From: Macrostomum lignano | Lineage: Eukaryota | Assembly: GCA_002269645.1 (NCBI GenBank) | Contig: NIVC01000901.1 | Span: 1-64,000 of the forward strand | Reading direction: 5' to 3' | DNA: 64,000 bases | Part shown: in pieces, positions 12,313 to 25,400 of the stretch | Layout of the letters: every line of letters starts with the position of its first letter | Position numbering within the stretch: position 1 is the first letter of the stretch | The notes under the pieces: generated by a model | What the model saw: only the letters and a program-made list of their open reading frames with translations | What the model was told of the DNA's origin: nothing | Database searches by the model: none | Position numbers and translations under genes: made by a program

Positions 12313-12360
12313 TCACTCACATGACACTATAATTATCATACCCTTCCCTAATAATCTCAC

Positions 12361-12696
12361 CTGTTCATACACAGCTTTAGTATCAGCTTTAAGAGTCGAT
12401 GCGAATTCTCCCAAATCTTTTTTGACAAAGCCCCAGACTTGGGCACTCTGCGATCTGGTGCTCTGGTAGACTGTGGCTGACTGCTCCTTAGCATAGGACA
12501 GCCAAGAGCCCATGTTCAGCCAGGAGTTGGAAGAACCACAACCAGCTTCATTACTTTCATCAGTAGCAGGAGCAACAGTCACTTCAGCTTGGGTATCCTG
12601 ACTGCTTTCCATTGCCGCTGGTACATTATCTGTTGTAGCACTAGCTGGTATGCCTGCAGAGCTTGAACCAACTGCTTTTGAAGCCTCTTCCTCCAT
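12361..12696 (-). CDS. BSDC1: BSD domain-containing protein 1, coding exon 1
   Basis: ATG at 12696; GFVKKDLGEFASTLKADT resembles BSDC1 EFMKRDLTEFTQVVQHDT; donor CAG|gtgaga, phase 0. Confidence 0.85.
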
Positions 12697-14259
12697 GGCA
12701 AGGAATTAAGCTTTACCGTTAATTATGAAATTGTCTGGCTATGCTGTTTGTGTTTTTAATAATTAAATGATAACACTAAATTAATTTGCTGCAAAAAAGG
12801 ATTTAGTTCACTTTTTATAATAATAATTTAACTATATAAATTAAAAGAATACACATAATTTATGCACTAGTAATAAAATATATATGAATGCAAAAATGGA
12901 TCCTATGGCTACAATTATAAAAATGTAGTAATTCAGAAGTAAGCCATAGTTTTGCCTTTAACTACACCATTGCTTCCTTATAGTGGCAGTGCACTACTAA
13001 AAAAGCATTGCTACTTTTAAGTAGCATGAAATGTAAGTTAGTCTATTCTATAAAAGTTAATAAGTATAATATTAACTGGTTTAACAGAAAAAAAACATTT
13101 ATAATATAAAGTTGATAAAGACACAATGGCAATAAAATTTTAAAGATTTTTTGGCAATTTACAAATGTGTATGCAAGTTTTTGTCAAAGTGAATTGAACA
13201 GAATGTGTCTAAGATTTTGCATCTAAAAATGATTTTGTAAATTTGCTTAGACCAATAAATAAGTACATACGCTACCAGTAGAGAAGTATATAAGCCACCA
13301 ATAAAAGTGTATGTATATATTACCAATAAAAATACAAATGCTACTAATAACATATATACATAATCAATAAAAGTACAAGCATTATAGGAACTATAGAAAC
13401 AACTTTGGTATCAACAGTAATAAAATTATTATTTAGAGAATAAAAGCATTAGTCCTAGTACAACTTTGGTAGCAGTTTGTGAGATTTCTTAGTATAAAAA
13501 TGGTAACTGTCCATTTTGGTAACAGCCACTTTGGTAACAGCCACTTTGGTAACAAAGAATGACCACTTCAGTAACAGCCATTTTGGTAATGCAGATTTAC
13601 AACTTTCAGCACTATATCTTTATGTTAATTTATTATAGTACATTAAGTACCACTAAGTTTTTCTGATTAGGATGTATTATAATTTGTTTAAACATGAATA
13701 GATGGATTATTTATAGAGTGGAGAATTGAGGCTTGAGACAAGAGATTGCAATTTTTTAATTCTTTGAAAAACATGTCATAGTGCATTGTCTGCCTATAGC
13801 AAGTGAAAAGAACTGAGGAGGGACTTCTTTGTGATTCTGGTCAAAGAAGGCAACACCGAGAATGCAATTCAGGTGAGTTAAGAGTATGCAAATAGAGATA
13901 GCTAGGTATAGCTGTAAACAATAAAGTGCCTTTAAAAGGAAGCCTTGAATAACTGCGCCTTTATATAATATGCACCCTTTATATAACATATGTGCCTATT
14001 ATACTGTATTGGGTGATAATTATATTATATTGGGTGGGTGATGCAAAAGTAAATAACTATATAGAACTTTAAACTGTAACAATCTAAAAATTTTATTAGT
14101 ACTTGTAGTATGTGACATAATATACATGTATATTATATAATCTTTAATTATTTCTTCATTATTATATTATAGATTTTAAATCCCTAATCAAGTCCCTTAC
14201 CCAGGCATAATTTTGTAAATGTAGATTTTATAAATGTAGAACATAGGTTGGTAAAGATT

Positions 14260-15295
14260 TAGTGACACTTTGAAAGCTCCTTAGATGATGATAGCACTAT
14301 AGAAGTAGCTGAGGAACCTCAAGAAATCACATTCACTCTAGTGCCAAAATCATCGAGCAAGGAAAAAGATTTGCTCATTCAATCTGATGGCTTCAGCTAT
14401 AGTTGCCAATTTAGTCAGGCTGAAAGGATATACTGGTGCTGCACAATTTGTAATGCTCAAATGCAGTGTGCTGCTTCCGTCATTGAATGCAACAGTGTAT
14501 ATACTAATGGAAAAAATGTTCACACCTGCAGGCCAGTTGCTCAACCAGTTTTAAGATGAGAGCTTACTCGTGATGCATGTGAGCGAGCAAAGTAGCATCT
14601 TTTTACACCCACCGCTGAAATCGCTGAGCAGGTTGTACTTGAGAATGAGGAGCAAATTGTGCAGCTTTCTAATGTGCCAAGATCTGACCTCCTTGCACAA
14701 GCAGCTAATTGTGCACGCACTGCTTTGCGTCCATAGGAGCCCACTAACTTGGAGTTTGAAGTATGTCAGGATGCAATTCCTGATGACTTTCTCCACGCTG
14801 ATATGCTGGTATGTAAAACTGGCAAGCCGCACTTCATTTTTTCCACTGATAGGCAACTAAGTCTTTTAAAACGCTGCAAAGAGTGGCATGGTGACAGCAC
14901 CTTTTTTGTTGTTAAAGAGCCTTTTCAGCAGCTCTACATAATTCATGGGTACATCCGGCAAGGTGACAGTGTCAAAGAAGTTCCTTTAGCTCTTCTACTT
15001 ATGTCTGGCAAGAGTATTCCCAATTACAAAGCTGTCTTATGAAAATTAAAGGAACTTGTCCCAGAACTTCAAATTCAAAGCCTTGTGATAGATTTTGAAG
15101 CAGCCATGTAGAAGGTGGTAAAGTCTGTTTTCCCAAATATTGAATGACACAGCTACAGCTTTCACTTCTCGCAAGCAATCTGGCGCCACATACAGACCTT
15201 GGGGTTGCAAAACTCCTATATAAATGTCAACTCTACTAATGCTTTCTGTTGTAAGTTGATGGCACTGCCATTTCTTAAAAATGAAGACATTCGTT
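14260..15295 (+). pseudogene. MULE transposase pseudogene (FLYWCH domain plus MULE DDE domain, truncated)
   Basis: SDGFSY...IYWCC...C...HTC (FLYWCH-like); WHGDSTFFVV...QLYIIH, VPLALLLM, VIDFEAAM...VFPNI...FHFSQAIWR; several stops and frameshifts. Start coordinate is approximate. Confidence 0.85.
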
Positions 15296-15542
15296 TTATT
15301 TTCTACATGTACTGTATATTAATTTCTTTTCTTTACTCTGTGCTCATCAGTATTTTCAGCATTTGTGCTTAATTAAATTTTTACTTAATTTTGCACTACT
15401 TGTACATTTACTTGTAAGATTTACACATGTAATATTATAATACATTCATATATGTACATAAATGTATATCTTCACATGTACTAGACTGACTTACTGACTA
15501 TTATGTTAACCTTTGTGCACATATATTAAAAAAATAAGAAAC

Positions 15543-16463
15543 TGTGGTAGGCCGGTCTACCACTAGGGTGAATGACGGCATGCCTCTAGCGCGGACAACG
15601 GCGGGACATTCCACCCAGTTCCATAGGATGACGAATTGACGTCATGGTTTAATTTTTGTTCCCTGGTTTGTTCCCCCGGTTGTTCCCGCCCTTGCTCCCT
15701 CGTCTGTTCCCTTTTCTGTTCCCTCCCTTGGCCCCTGTTGTTTTAATGTTTCCAGCAGCCGGGTTTTCCTCTTTTTTTCCCTTCGTTGTCCCTTCCCTTG
15801 TCCCATCCTCTGTCCCACCCCTGGGATCCTTCACGCCAATATGTTATATATGAGTTATCTCTGGAGTCATTTTTTCTGTTTTTTTGCTGGTGTTTCTAGT
15901 TTTTCTGGTTCTTGTTGCTGTTGGTTTGATAGTTTGTTACCTTTTCGTTCTGCTCCTGTATCTCGCGTAGTAATAATAAGTAACGATAATAATAATAATA
16001 ACGAAATCATAATAAGTTAGCCAATATTAATATTATCCATACAGTTGTTCAGAATCGAAGCCTTTAGTTTTCTATTAAGTCATTTGCCCGCAGGGCGTAA
16101 AATAACCAGTCAGTCTCAACTTAAAGAAAGCTCTGAGACCCTTAACGTTCCGTAAAACGACATTTACGGTGGTGGCAGCGCTACTTTACTACTGTCAATA
16201 ACCAAATGAGCATCTTCGACAAACTACGAATTTTATGGTGTCCGAGGAACCAATCTGAACGACCCGGGCCGCTACAAGACCGCTCGACTACGAACACGAC
16301 TACCCTCCCCCTGGAATTGAGGACCCCGGCAGACAGAGTATCCAAGGAGAAGACTTAACGCAGCAATTTGTGCAACTTTCCGGCTTTACGTGCCGACGAC
16401 TAACCCAAATTTTATTTTTCCCAATTTCAAAATCCTTTTATTTTCTTCTCCACCCCCACCTCA
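15543..16463 (+). repeat. 5' LTR of Gypsy-A (921 bp)
   Basis: Starts TGTGGTAG and ends CCTCA; by my manual count about 20 differences from the 3' copy over ~720 shared bp. Confidence 0.92.
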
Positions 16464-16464
16464 T

Positions 16465-16484
16465 TGGTGTCAGCTAAGTGGGAT
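16465..16484 (+). promoter_or_regulatory. Primer-binding site of Gypsy-A, tRNA-Leu-like
   Basis: TGGTGTCAG[CT]AAGTGGGAT, 1 nt after the LTR; complements the 3' end of eukaryotic tRNA-Leu(CAA/CAG) (TGGTGTCAGAAGTGGGAT) with a 2-nt bulge. Confidence 0.8.
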
Positions 16485-16530
16485 AACGAAACGCCGAAAT
16501 CCTTTCAACAAGTCGTTTAAAATTTACGTC

Positions 16531-17928
16531 ATGGCTTTGACAACTAACTCAACGGCCGCAGATTTGACAGCCGACGCCGCGGGCCCCGACAACTCAACTA
16601 CTAGGCCGACCTACGACGAGATGATTCGAGCAGTGACCAAAGAGGTGAGATGGCGACTGGAGCAGGCCAACTTGGGACAGCCGCAGCACCATCACCACGT
16701 GTATCAGCCGCCCCAACAGCCTGACTGCGCTCCAGCGCCGAAACCAGTCAAGATTCAGCGGTACACCCCGAACCAGGACTTTGACGTTTGGATCCAAGCT
16801 CTCGAAGAGCGTTGCGAATTCAACGGGATTGTGGACGACAGACGTAAGAAGGCGGAGGTCCTAGTGAATTTGGACATCGCCACAACCTATCCCGCAGTCG
16901 TCAGGATGGAACTGCCAGACAATCTGACGTTTGGCGAATTCAAGCAAAGACTTTCCGAGCGCTTCACCCACGTGGCTGACACGCTGGAGTACCGTGAGCA
17001 ATTCCAATGCTGCCAGCAAGGCAAGAATGAGAGTGTCGACGACTACGGTGATCGATTAATTGCTCTGGCTGATAGAGCATTTCCGCACTTCACCCTGGTT
17101 CAGAAGCAGACCAAGCTAGTGGACCAGTTCACCGTGGGAGTGCGAATTGCCCAGTCATCCAGAGAACAGCTAATCCTGGTGCGACCGCAGAATCTGACCG
17201 CGGCGAGAAGGGCTGTGCTACGCCTGGAGACAGCAGCTAGTCTGGCTCAGAGGGTAGCACCGCCGCCAGCAGCGAGACATGTCCAGGTTCTTGAGGATGA
17301 CGATGGTTAGTCACCAACTGGAGTGCAACACGACAAGTCATCTTGGCCCAAGGAGAATTGGTTGCGTGAAGTGATGGAACAGCAAACTGAGACACTGCAA
17401 GAGCAGCGATGTCTACTAGAAGCTTTGAGCAATAAGCTGCGAGAGTTCCACTTGCTGGGATCGCGCAATAACGACACCTAGGAGCATTGGGAATCTGCTT
17501 GCCACCAGCCGCAGGACTCTTGGGGCCAATGCAACAGATGTTTGGTGCCCTCGACTCCTCGCCGCAGCGCCGATGAGTGCGCCCAATTCAAGACACCCGG
17601 CACACAGATTGTGCAGCACGAGCAGTTCCATTGACTTCAGCAACCACGAGACAGCAGCAACCCGCCACCAAGGACACCGCCAGCAAGAGGTCAACGTCAA
17701 CAGCAGCAGCAGCAGCAGCCGCAGCGGCAGCAACAGTCGGGTTCACGCCCGCCGCACTATCAGCTGCGGCGACAGAGCGCTATGTGTTACAGGTGCAATC
17801 ACGAGCACCGCGCCGATGAGTGCCTGCACCGGCAGTCGGCCAGCACCGCGCCCCAGCGCAACGGCAGCTCGGGAAACGGGATGGCTGGACGTGCCAACGG
17901 GGGCAGCGCCATCCAGCAGCCGAGCTAG
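16531..17928 (+). pseudogene. Gypsy-A gag (465 codons, three premature stops)
   Basis: Capsid-like region (IQRYTPNQDFDVWIQALEERC...EQFQCCQQGKNESVDDYGDRL) and zinc-knuckle-like CYRCNHEHRADEC. In-frame stops at 17308, 17479 and 17632. GGGAAAC at 17871-17877 links by -1 shift into the pol frame. Confidence 0.87.
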
Positions 17929-20900
17929 CACTAAAGTCCCCACCGAGGACTTTAGTCGCTTAGCAGGCCATTGCTGAGACCGCCTCCGCTGCACCTGTAC
18001 AGAACTCTGCACCCAAGCGACCCCAAAGGGATCCGTTTCTAACTGGTGAGATTCAGGGTCATTATTTTGCTTTTCTGCTTGACACCGGCTCCAAGTGCGA
18101 AGTCCTAGGATTCAGCACCTGGCACCGACTATGTACCGATGACCCGACCCTGCGTGGCCAAATTGAGCCCTGCCTGAAATGCATTGTGACCTATAATGGA
18201 GAGCCTATTCAAATGGCAGGCCAACTATCAATCAAAGTTAAAATTGGAAGTTTTGAGCCTACAGTCAAGTTTCTGCTAGCGAAGGGATCTCATGACAACA
18301 TCCTGGGCTTCGAGTTCCTGGAGAACTATAGTACATCACTGGATCTCGCTGCCGGGATGCTGTTTTTCAAGGACGGCACTGCTGCACCACTGCGCTATAC
18401 GCGAACCGAAGCTACTACGTGCAGAATCTACACGGCTGAGAGCACCACCGTGCCTCCGTTATCATCAGCCCGAATCAAGATTAAACTAGCAAAAGGACGA
18501 GAAGAAAACCAGGGTACACCTGCTGTGATCGAGCCGCTAAAACCGGCTTGGCGTGAAGAAGATGTACAGCAACTGGACGCCACGCCTGCCCTAATATCTA
18601 TGGCCAACGGAGAAGGCGCTATTGAAATGATCAATCGAGGCACTACATCTATCAAAGTGCAAGCGAATGCCCTAGTCGGGATAGCGAGACCAATCAGACT
18701 GCCCGAGTTACAATTCTTTCCGCTGCCAAAGCCAGAAGCCTCAGTTAATCAAGTTCAAGACGAAGATCCTGACGCTTGGATCAAGGAGATCGACATCGGC
18801 GAGGACTTGTCCAATGACCAGCGCGCTCAAGTCATTGAGCTATTGAAGAAGTACAAGACCATCTTCTTGCAGGGGCCACACAATCTCGGCTGAACCCACC
18901 TGGTCACCCACAACATCGTGTTGAAGGACAAGGATCCTGTGCATCTGCCGACCCGGCGGATTCCGCTGCATTTGCTGCCCAAGGTGGACCAGCTGCTTGA
19001 CAATCTGCTTGCCAAAGGCGTGATTAGACCGAGCTTCTCCAGCTACAACACCCCGCTGGTGATCATCCCAAAGAAGGACGGCAGCCTGAGAATTGTACAA
19101 GACTTCAGGAGTCTGAACCAAAAGTGCGAGTACTTTCCGTACCCGATACCGAACATCAAGGAAGCGTTCGCTAGCCTCGAAGGAAGCCAGCTATTCAGCA
19201 CGTTCGACTTGAGCAGCGGCTACTACCAGATTCCACTGCGTCCAGAGGATCACAATCTGACGGCCTTCGCCACACTGCACTGCGGACAATTCGCCTACAA
19301 TGTGATGCCTATGGGATTAAGTTCGGCGCCAGCCAGCTTCATGCGCCTCATGAATGCTGTGCTTAACGGAATCGCCTATAAAAGTGCAATAGCCTACCTG
19401 GATGACGTAATCGTTTATTCTAAGAAATTTAATGACTATCTACAGCATATGGAGGAAGTATTTAAGCGAATTCAAGAGGCCAACTTAAAGTTCAAAGGCA
19501 GGAAGTGCCATTTATTTCGGGCAAGTCTAAACTATCTGGGACATCTAGTTACTAAGGACGGAATCAAGACCGATCCGGCGAAGATTGAGGCTATTCAGAC
19601 CTGGCCAAGACCAAGAACAGCTCGACAACTTAAAAGTTTTGTCTGCACGTGCGCTTACTATGCTAAATTCGTACCTGGCTATGCAGAACTTGCAGCTCCA
19701 CTCCACGACTTAATCAAGGAAAAGAAGATTAGAAATTTCAATTGTCTATGGGGAAAAGCCCAGCAAGACGCGTTCGATTAGCTCAAAGCAGCCATGACTT
19801 CGACATCAGTGCTCGCATATCCGCCGTTTAGCGAGGATCCGGAAGTAATGTTTATCCTGGACACGGATGCTTCTGCGACCAGAATCGGAGCTTGCCTGAG
19901 CCAACGCCAAGCTGACGGGATCGAGCACCCAATTGGCTATTTCTCCCGGTGACTTAAACCGGCTGAAGCCCGATCTCCAATTACTAAGCAAGAACTCTTG
20001 GCAGTCGTAGATGGCATGCGACATTTCCGCTTCTACCTGCTGGCCAAGAAGTTCATTTGTCGAACTGACCATGCAGCGTTGACCTGGATTCTCCGGCAAA
20101 CTCAACAAGTAGGCATCTTTGGATGATGGCTACAGCGGCTAAGTGAATTTGAGTTCGAGATCCAGCATCACAAATTGAGTCAGCATCAAAACGCCGACAG
20201 TCTCTCGAGACGGCCGGAGGACAATGCCGAATGCTTGGAGGAGGCTCAGTGCGAGGCAGCTGATGAGGACCAAAGTAAGCAGCCAGCTGAGATAACTGGC
20301 GCAGCGGCGCCAAAGGTCCACGACAGCAGCCACCCTAGTCCTCCACCGAGCAAGAAGCCGTCGACCCACCGTAAGCGACGGAAACCGCTGACTAAGCCAA
20401 AGGAGTCCAACGGCAAGGCTACGCCACCAGCAACACCAACAGCCGACAGCAAGCCGCTGATAGAGCTGCACCCGCCGGCGACGAAGCCGAGGCCATCAGC
20501 CAGCTGTTATGATGACTCGCAGAGGTTGCCTACCAGTTTTAGTAGCACAACATGTTGCCCGTCAAGGAGCCGCCGACTACTAGCTGGAGAAGGCACGGAC
20601 AGCAACCACAGCGCAGCCAGAGAGGACAGCTGCCAACCCGCTTGCTGCCCGAAGTTTAAGAAGAAGGTGAGATTCAGCAGCGACGCGGACAGCTCTGCTG
20701 ACTCATCATCAACTGCTGACCGATCTGAATCTGACAACAGTGACGCCGAAGCTACCGACGAGGATCGACCTTCGGGCACATCAACGACCCGGCAACTGGC
20801 CAGAGTAGCGATCGTGCGGAGGGAGCTCCAGACCCCGAACCATGCCGCCACAGCCAAAGCCATGCCGACTAATTTAACTAACCGACGCCCAACATTGAAT

Positions 20901-22458
20901 CTAACTGATCACATCCCGAGGCCAGTCACTCGTGAGGAGCTCCAGACTCATCAGCATGCTGACTCTGCCATCGCCATGATGATCAATCTTTTGGAAAGCC
21001 AACAGCCTCGACGCCGCTGAATCAGCGTTTGAATATGACGCGAGACGAACGAAACCTACTAGCGTTCTACGAGCAGCTCGAAGTCCAAGACAATGGACTA
21101 CTGGTAATTCATTTCGACGATATTGGCGAGAAGGAAATGGCGCGGATCGTCTTGCCGAAGAGCCTCGACGCCACGGTGTTTGCCGACCTCCACGGTTTGC
21201 CCTACTGCGGACACATGGGCTGAGACCTCACCATCGCGAAGGTGCGCGAAAGGTTCTGGCGACCTGCCCTGGCCAAGGCAGTGTCCGACTATGTCGCTTC
21301 CTGCCAGACCTGCACTCAGAGCAAAGGACGGCGACGAATTCCGGCGCATGTACAATCGTTTCCGGTCTGTGAAATCTATGGGCGATGTGCGATCGACATC
21401 CTGGGCCCCACTGGAGACCCGACGGACTGAGGAAACAAGTACATCTTGACCTACGTCGATACTACGTCGAAATACCCCTTCACTTTCGCCATGAAGAATC
21501 AGCGGGCCAAGACCATTATAACGCTCCTGTAGGAACAAGTGTTTCCAATCACCGGAATCCCGGCATGGATTCACTCCGATCAAGGAAACAGTTCACAGGA
21601 CACGAGTTCCGGCACTTCTGCGAAGTTTACGGCATCCAGCAGACCACGACGCCGCCATATTCGCCATGGGCCAATGGACAAGCTGAGTCGTGCAATAAGA
21701 ACATCAAGAAGGTGCTCACCTGTCTCCTAGAAGACCATCAGCAATGGGACAAGATGTTGCCAGCCGCTTTAACAGCTCTAAGATCAGCAGTCAATCGTAC
21801 AACTGGGTTCTCGCCGCATTATGTCATCTACGGAGTGCCCTACCGGTATCCGATCGATAACACCCTAGACCGACTGGATGTATCAGCTGATCTCTTGGAG
21901 TACATTGCCAAACATCAGCGCAGACTGGCCGAGACAGAACGAATTGTGCGACAGCGACTGAGGACCGAGATCCAGCACCGAGAGGAGTACTACGAGAACC
22001 GGCCGAAGCCCGTGGAGCTGCAGCCCGGAGACTTGGTCTGCCTGGCCAACCCGAAGCTTGAACTGGGAGAGCTGCCCAAGTTCCACCGGCCGTACAAGAG
22101 TATGTACAAGGTCGTCAGGAAAGTTGGAGAAGTGGCGTATTGGATCAAGCCAGCGACAGCCCGCCGAGGACGCCCAGCTGAAATGCTAGTTCATCGTAAC
22201 AACATCATCAAGGTGCCGCAGATGATGGCAGATCGACCACAGGAGCCCCCGCATCAGACAGAGCGGCCAATGCTGCCCTATGAGTCAAGCGAAGACAGCG
22301 AAGTCGACCCAGCCGATCAGCCCGCGCCAGAGCAGCCGGCCACAGTTCAGCCTGACCTGCGAGGCAGTCAGCTGTTCGAGCCCAGCTTGCGCCACCCGGA
22401 GGTGCTCGCCAAAGGTGACCCGGACTTGCCTGACATCAGCATGGAGATGGAGCTCTAA
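17871..22458 (+). pseudogene. Gypsy-A pol (protease, RT, RNase H, integrase), multiple stops and one frameshift
   Basis: LLDTGS at 18081; RT motifs LRIVQDFRSLN, DLSSGYYQI, MPMGL and YLDD; RNase H LDTDAS...ELLA...TDH; integrase H-x-H...CQTC, AIDILGP, IHSDQG and ESCNK. Confidence 0.95.
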
Positions 22459-25400
22459 AATGTAATTACCAGCGATTTATTATTGCACCTAATAGCTAAA
22501 TTAAAGATGCACATTACTATGACCCAGTGAAAAATGATTCATGGATTCCACGTGGGTTCCACGTGGCCATGTGGAATTTAAATGTTTCCTTAATTTTTGC
22601 AAATTAATGACTTAAAGATGACATAATGGTATGCAAAGTATTTTTTATGCATTATTTTTTAATTTTTACTGTCCTAATGTTGATGTGGATTTTACAAGGA
22701 ATTCATGAGAAATAAGTGCATATTGATTCAACATGGAATCCACTTCGATAAAAACCTGTGATACACCACATTCAGACGTTTTTATGAAATTACTATAATT
22801 AATTATTACATTTATATGCTTTTAAGTAAAAATTAATATCTTAAAGCTAAATGATAATCAGAAAATAAGATACTGTTTGTTAAAATAGACAAAATAGAAG
22901 TAAACAATAAAAAACGTTTCGTGCTTTTTAAGATTAAATTTATTTTATTTTATATTCGTCAATGTCTTGCATGGGTCGTTCGCAAATTCTAGGAGGAGCA
23001 AAAATTTTAACAATTTTCCAAACATTTACTATTGTTACTGCCATATTGAAAATAATAGGACACTTTTATCTGTCAATAAAGATAATTTTTGGGTTGAACT
23101 TTATCATACAACAGTGTTTTTAATCATCTGGCGGTATTAAGCGATAATTAGCGTTGAAAAAAATCAAATTCAATCATTTCACCGATGTTAATTTTTGATA
23201 CTACAAGATGTCTGTAGCTAAAAAAAGTTGTTGTTGTGTTGAAACCTTGCTATATTACATTTAAAATGAAAGCTTATATAAATTTAATTTAAGAATTTTT
23301 TAAAGCTCAATAAACTGCACTACAAATGATTTTATAGACGCTTAACTGTACGCCTAGCATTTCCGGTGGGATAGCCTCTTTGCGTCTCACAAAATGTATT
23401 TTTCGGCTGACGTCTAGAATGCGTGCTTAAAATGATACATTTTGATGCAGATAATTAGAAAAACATGTCTTATTATCTTTTTGTAAAAAATTGTTATGAA
23501 ATAGAGCACTATTGTTGATAAAAATAATTAAAAGCAACCATGCATCGCAATAAACTCCTACTTTGAAGCACAAAATAAATATCCTGTAACCACACTAGCA
23601 TTCTCCATGGAGCACCTTTTGAGCTGAAATTTTACACAGATATCCAGTAAAGTAAACTGAGCAAATGATTTTTTTTGTTTTTGAAAATACTTCAATTTGG
23701 CTATGTATCAGTTAGTTCATTGGACATATTTATTATATTTTTATTAAAATCCTTGTAACCAAGCTACAGAGAAACATGTGCAAAACTGGACCTTGAAATT
23801 TGACCTGAATGATCAGCAAATGTGTATCTCTAAATGATTTTTTTGTTTTTATCAAGTCATTCTATGCTAATTTTTTCTGAAGGGAAAGATACCATATATT
23901 TAGAGTCAATAGGGGAAGCATTTAAACTTATTTAATAGTCATTAAAATTGCAACTATATTATTATAATATAGTAATACTATTATACATGTATTATATAGT
24001 AATATTAACTTCTAAGATGCCCTTATAAATTTAAGTAAAGACAACAGGCCTTAATTAATTAATCAGCATTTTGAAGAAACTGACCTTATACAGATGGGCC
24101 CCAAGCTAAGAAATGAATGTAGAGCTTATTTCGTGTAAGGTATAAAAATCAATTTATTATAATAATAAATACTCCTAATAAATTGGTTAAATTAGTTATT
24201 TACCTTGAATTAATTTAATTTAATAATTAAATATATAAATTTGTTTCACTTCTTACTGCATTTAAATAGAGTACCAGTACCTCTCTACTATACTATAGAA
24301 GTATAGTAAAAGTATGGTAAAAAAGTATAGTAAAAAATTTTCTTTGGTTTAATCCCTGCTTGCCTCAGTTTTTTAGTCTTAATACGAGCTAGATAGTAAG
24401 TGTTGATTAATTTGCTCCATCACCTTTTGCCACGGAAACAGCACATGTCGGACATGCAACACTCTTCCTGATCCCTGGATCCAAGATGACTGCTTCTGCT
24501 TCTTCAATGCTTGAAAACTGAGCTCATGGAGCTTTAGGTTATGCTGTCAGAGTGCTGCTGCCGGTGCTGTGTGTGTATGTGTGTGTCTTCTGTGGGTAGG
24601 TTCCCTGTCCCTCAGTTTAGCCACTGTTGTGGGCTAACTGGAGGAATTGCCGTTGTCGGTGCTGCAGGTGGCACTGCATGGTAGTATTAACGCTGTCAGT
24701 GACGCTGGCAAAGGCTTGGACGAAGCTAGGTGCCGTCATTGTCAGAAGGACATGCATGTGCTGCTTAGACCAGTGCGCACATTCGACTGGACTCGTATCT
24801 GGTGCAGTCTGGTGTATTCACTGAGATTGTGTGGATCTGCCTCCTCGCATCACCTCAACCAGGCTCAATTTCTTTTGTAGAATTTTCGTGCGCTGCTTAA
24901 CTGCATCTTGTGCCTGCTGAGTGATGCCAAGAATTGTGCCACACAATAGTTTGGCCCATAAACTACTCGTATATTATACATATGTATGCACAGCACACAC
25001 ACACGCAGTTCATTCATATTAAATGTACTAGTTAATGGAATTCTCATCTCATGAGCTCTAGTCTATCGACAAACCTGAAATTACTAGAATATCTAGATAG
25101 AACTAAACTTCTTTGAGCAACGCGCTGCGCTGCGAGCAAAATGCATGTAGATTCCTTATAGCGCAACTAATTACTGAAGTAAAAGTGTAGTACAGTCTAC
25201 AGCCTGAAGTAGCCTGTGTAAGATGCGGAGGGATGATTTTTGCATAGGAAGCCACTAAGGTAAGGTTGATGGAACTATGGGGAGGTGAGAGATTCAAAGC
25301 GAGGGACGGAAGCCATGCATAGTTCGATCATAAGTTTGATTATTGCAAGAGTCTGCTGGGGATGCATTAACGAGAGGCGGACGAGAGCATAGAAATAAAG

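Noticed and set aside
13493-13501. 9-bp TSD for the outer MULE
   Set aside because: Flanks TATAAAAAT and TAAAAAACA match at only 6 of 9 positions in AT-rich DNA, so this is not counted as evidence.
15649-15853. Short ORFs duplicated at 44980-45184 (G/K/N-rich antisense and F/P-rich sense)
   Set aside because: They lie within the two LTR copies on a pyrimidine-rich tract; the duplication is explained by the LTRs and there is no evidence of coding.
19806-22086. Various antisense or off-frame ORFs over the Gypsy-A pol
   Set aside because: Shadow ORFs of GC-rich coding sequence.
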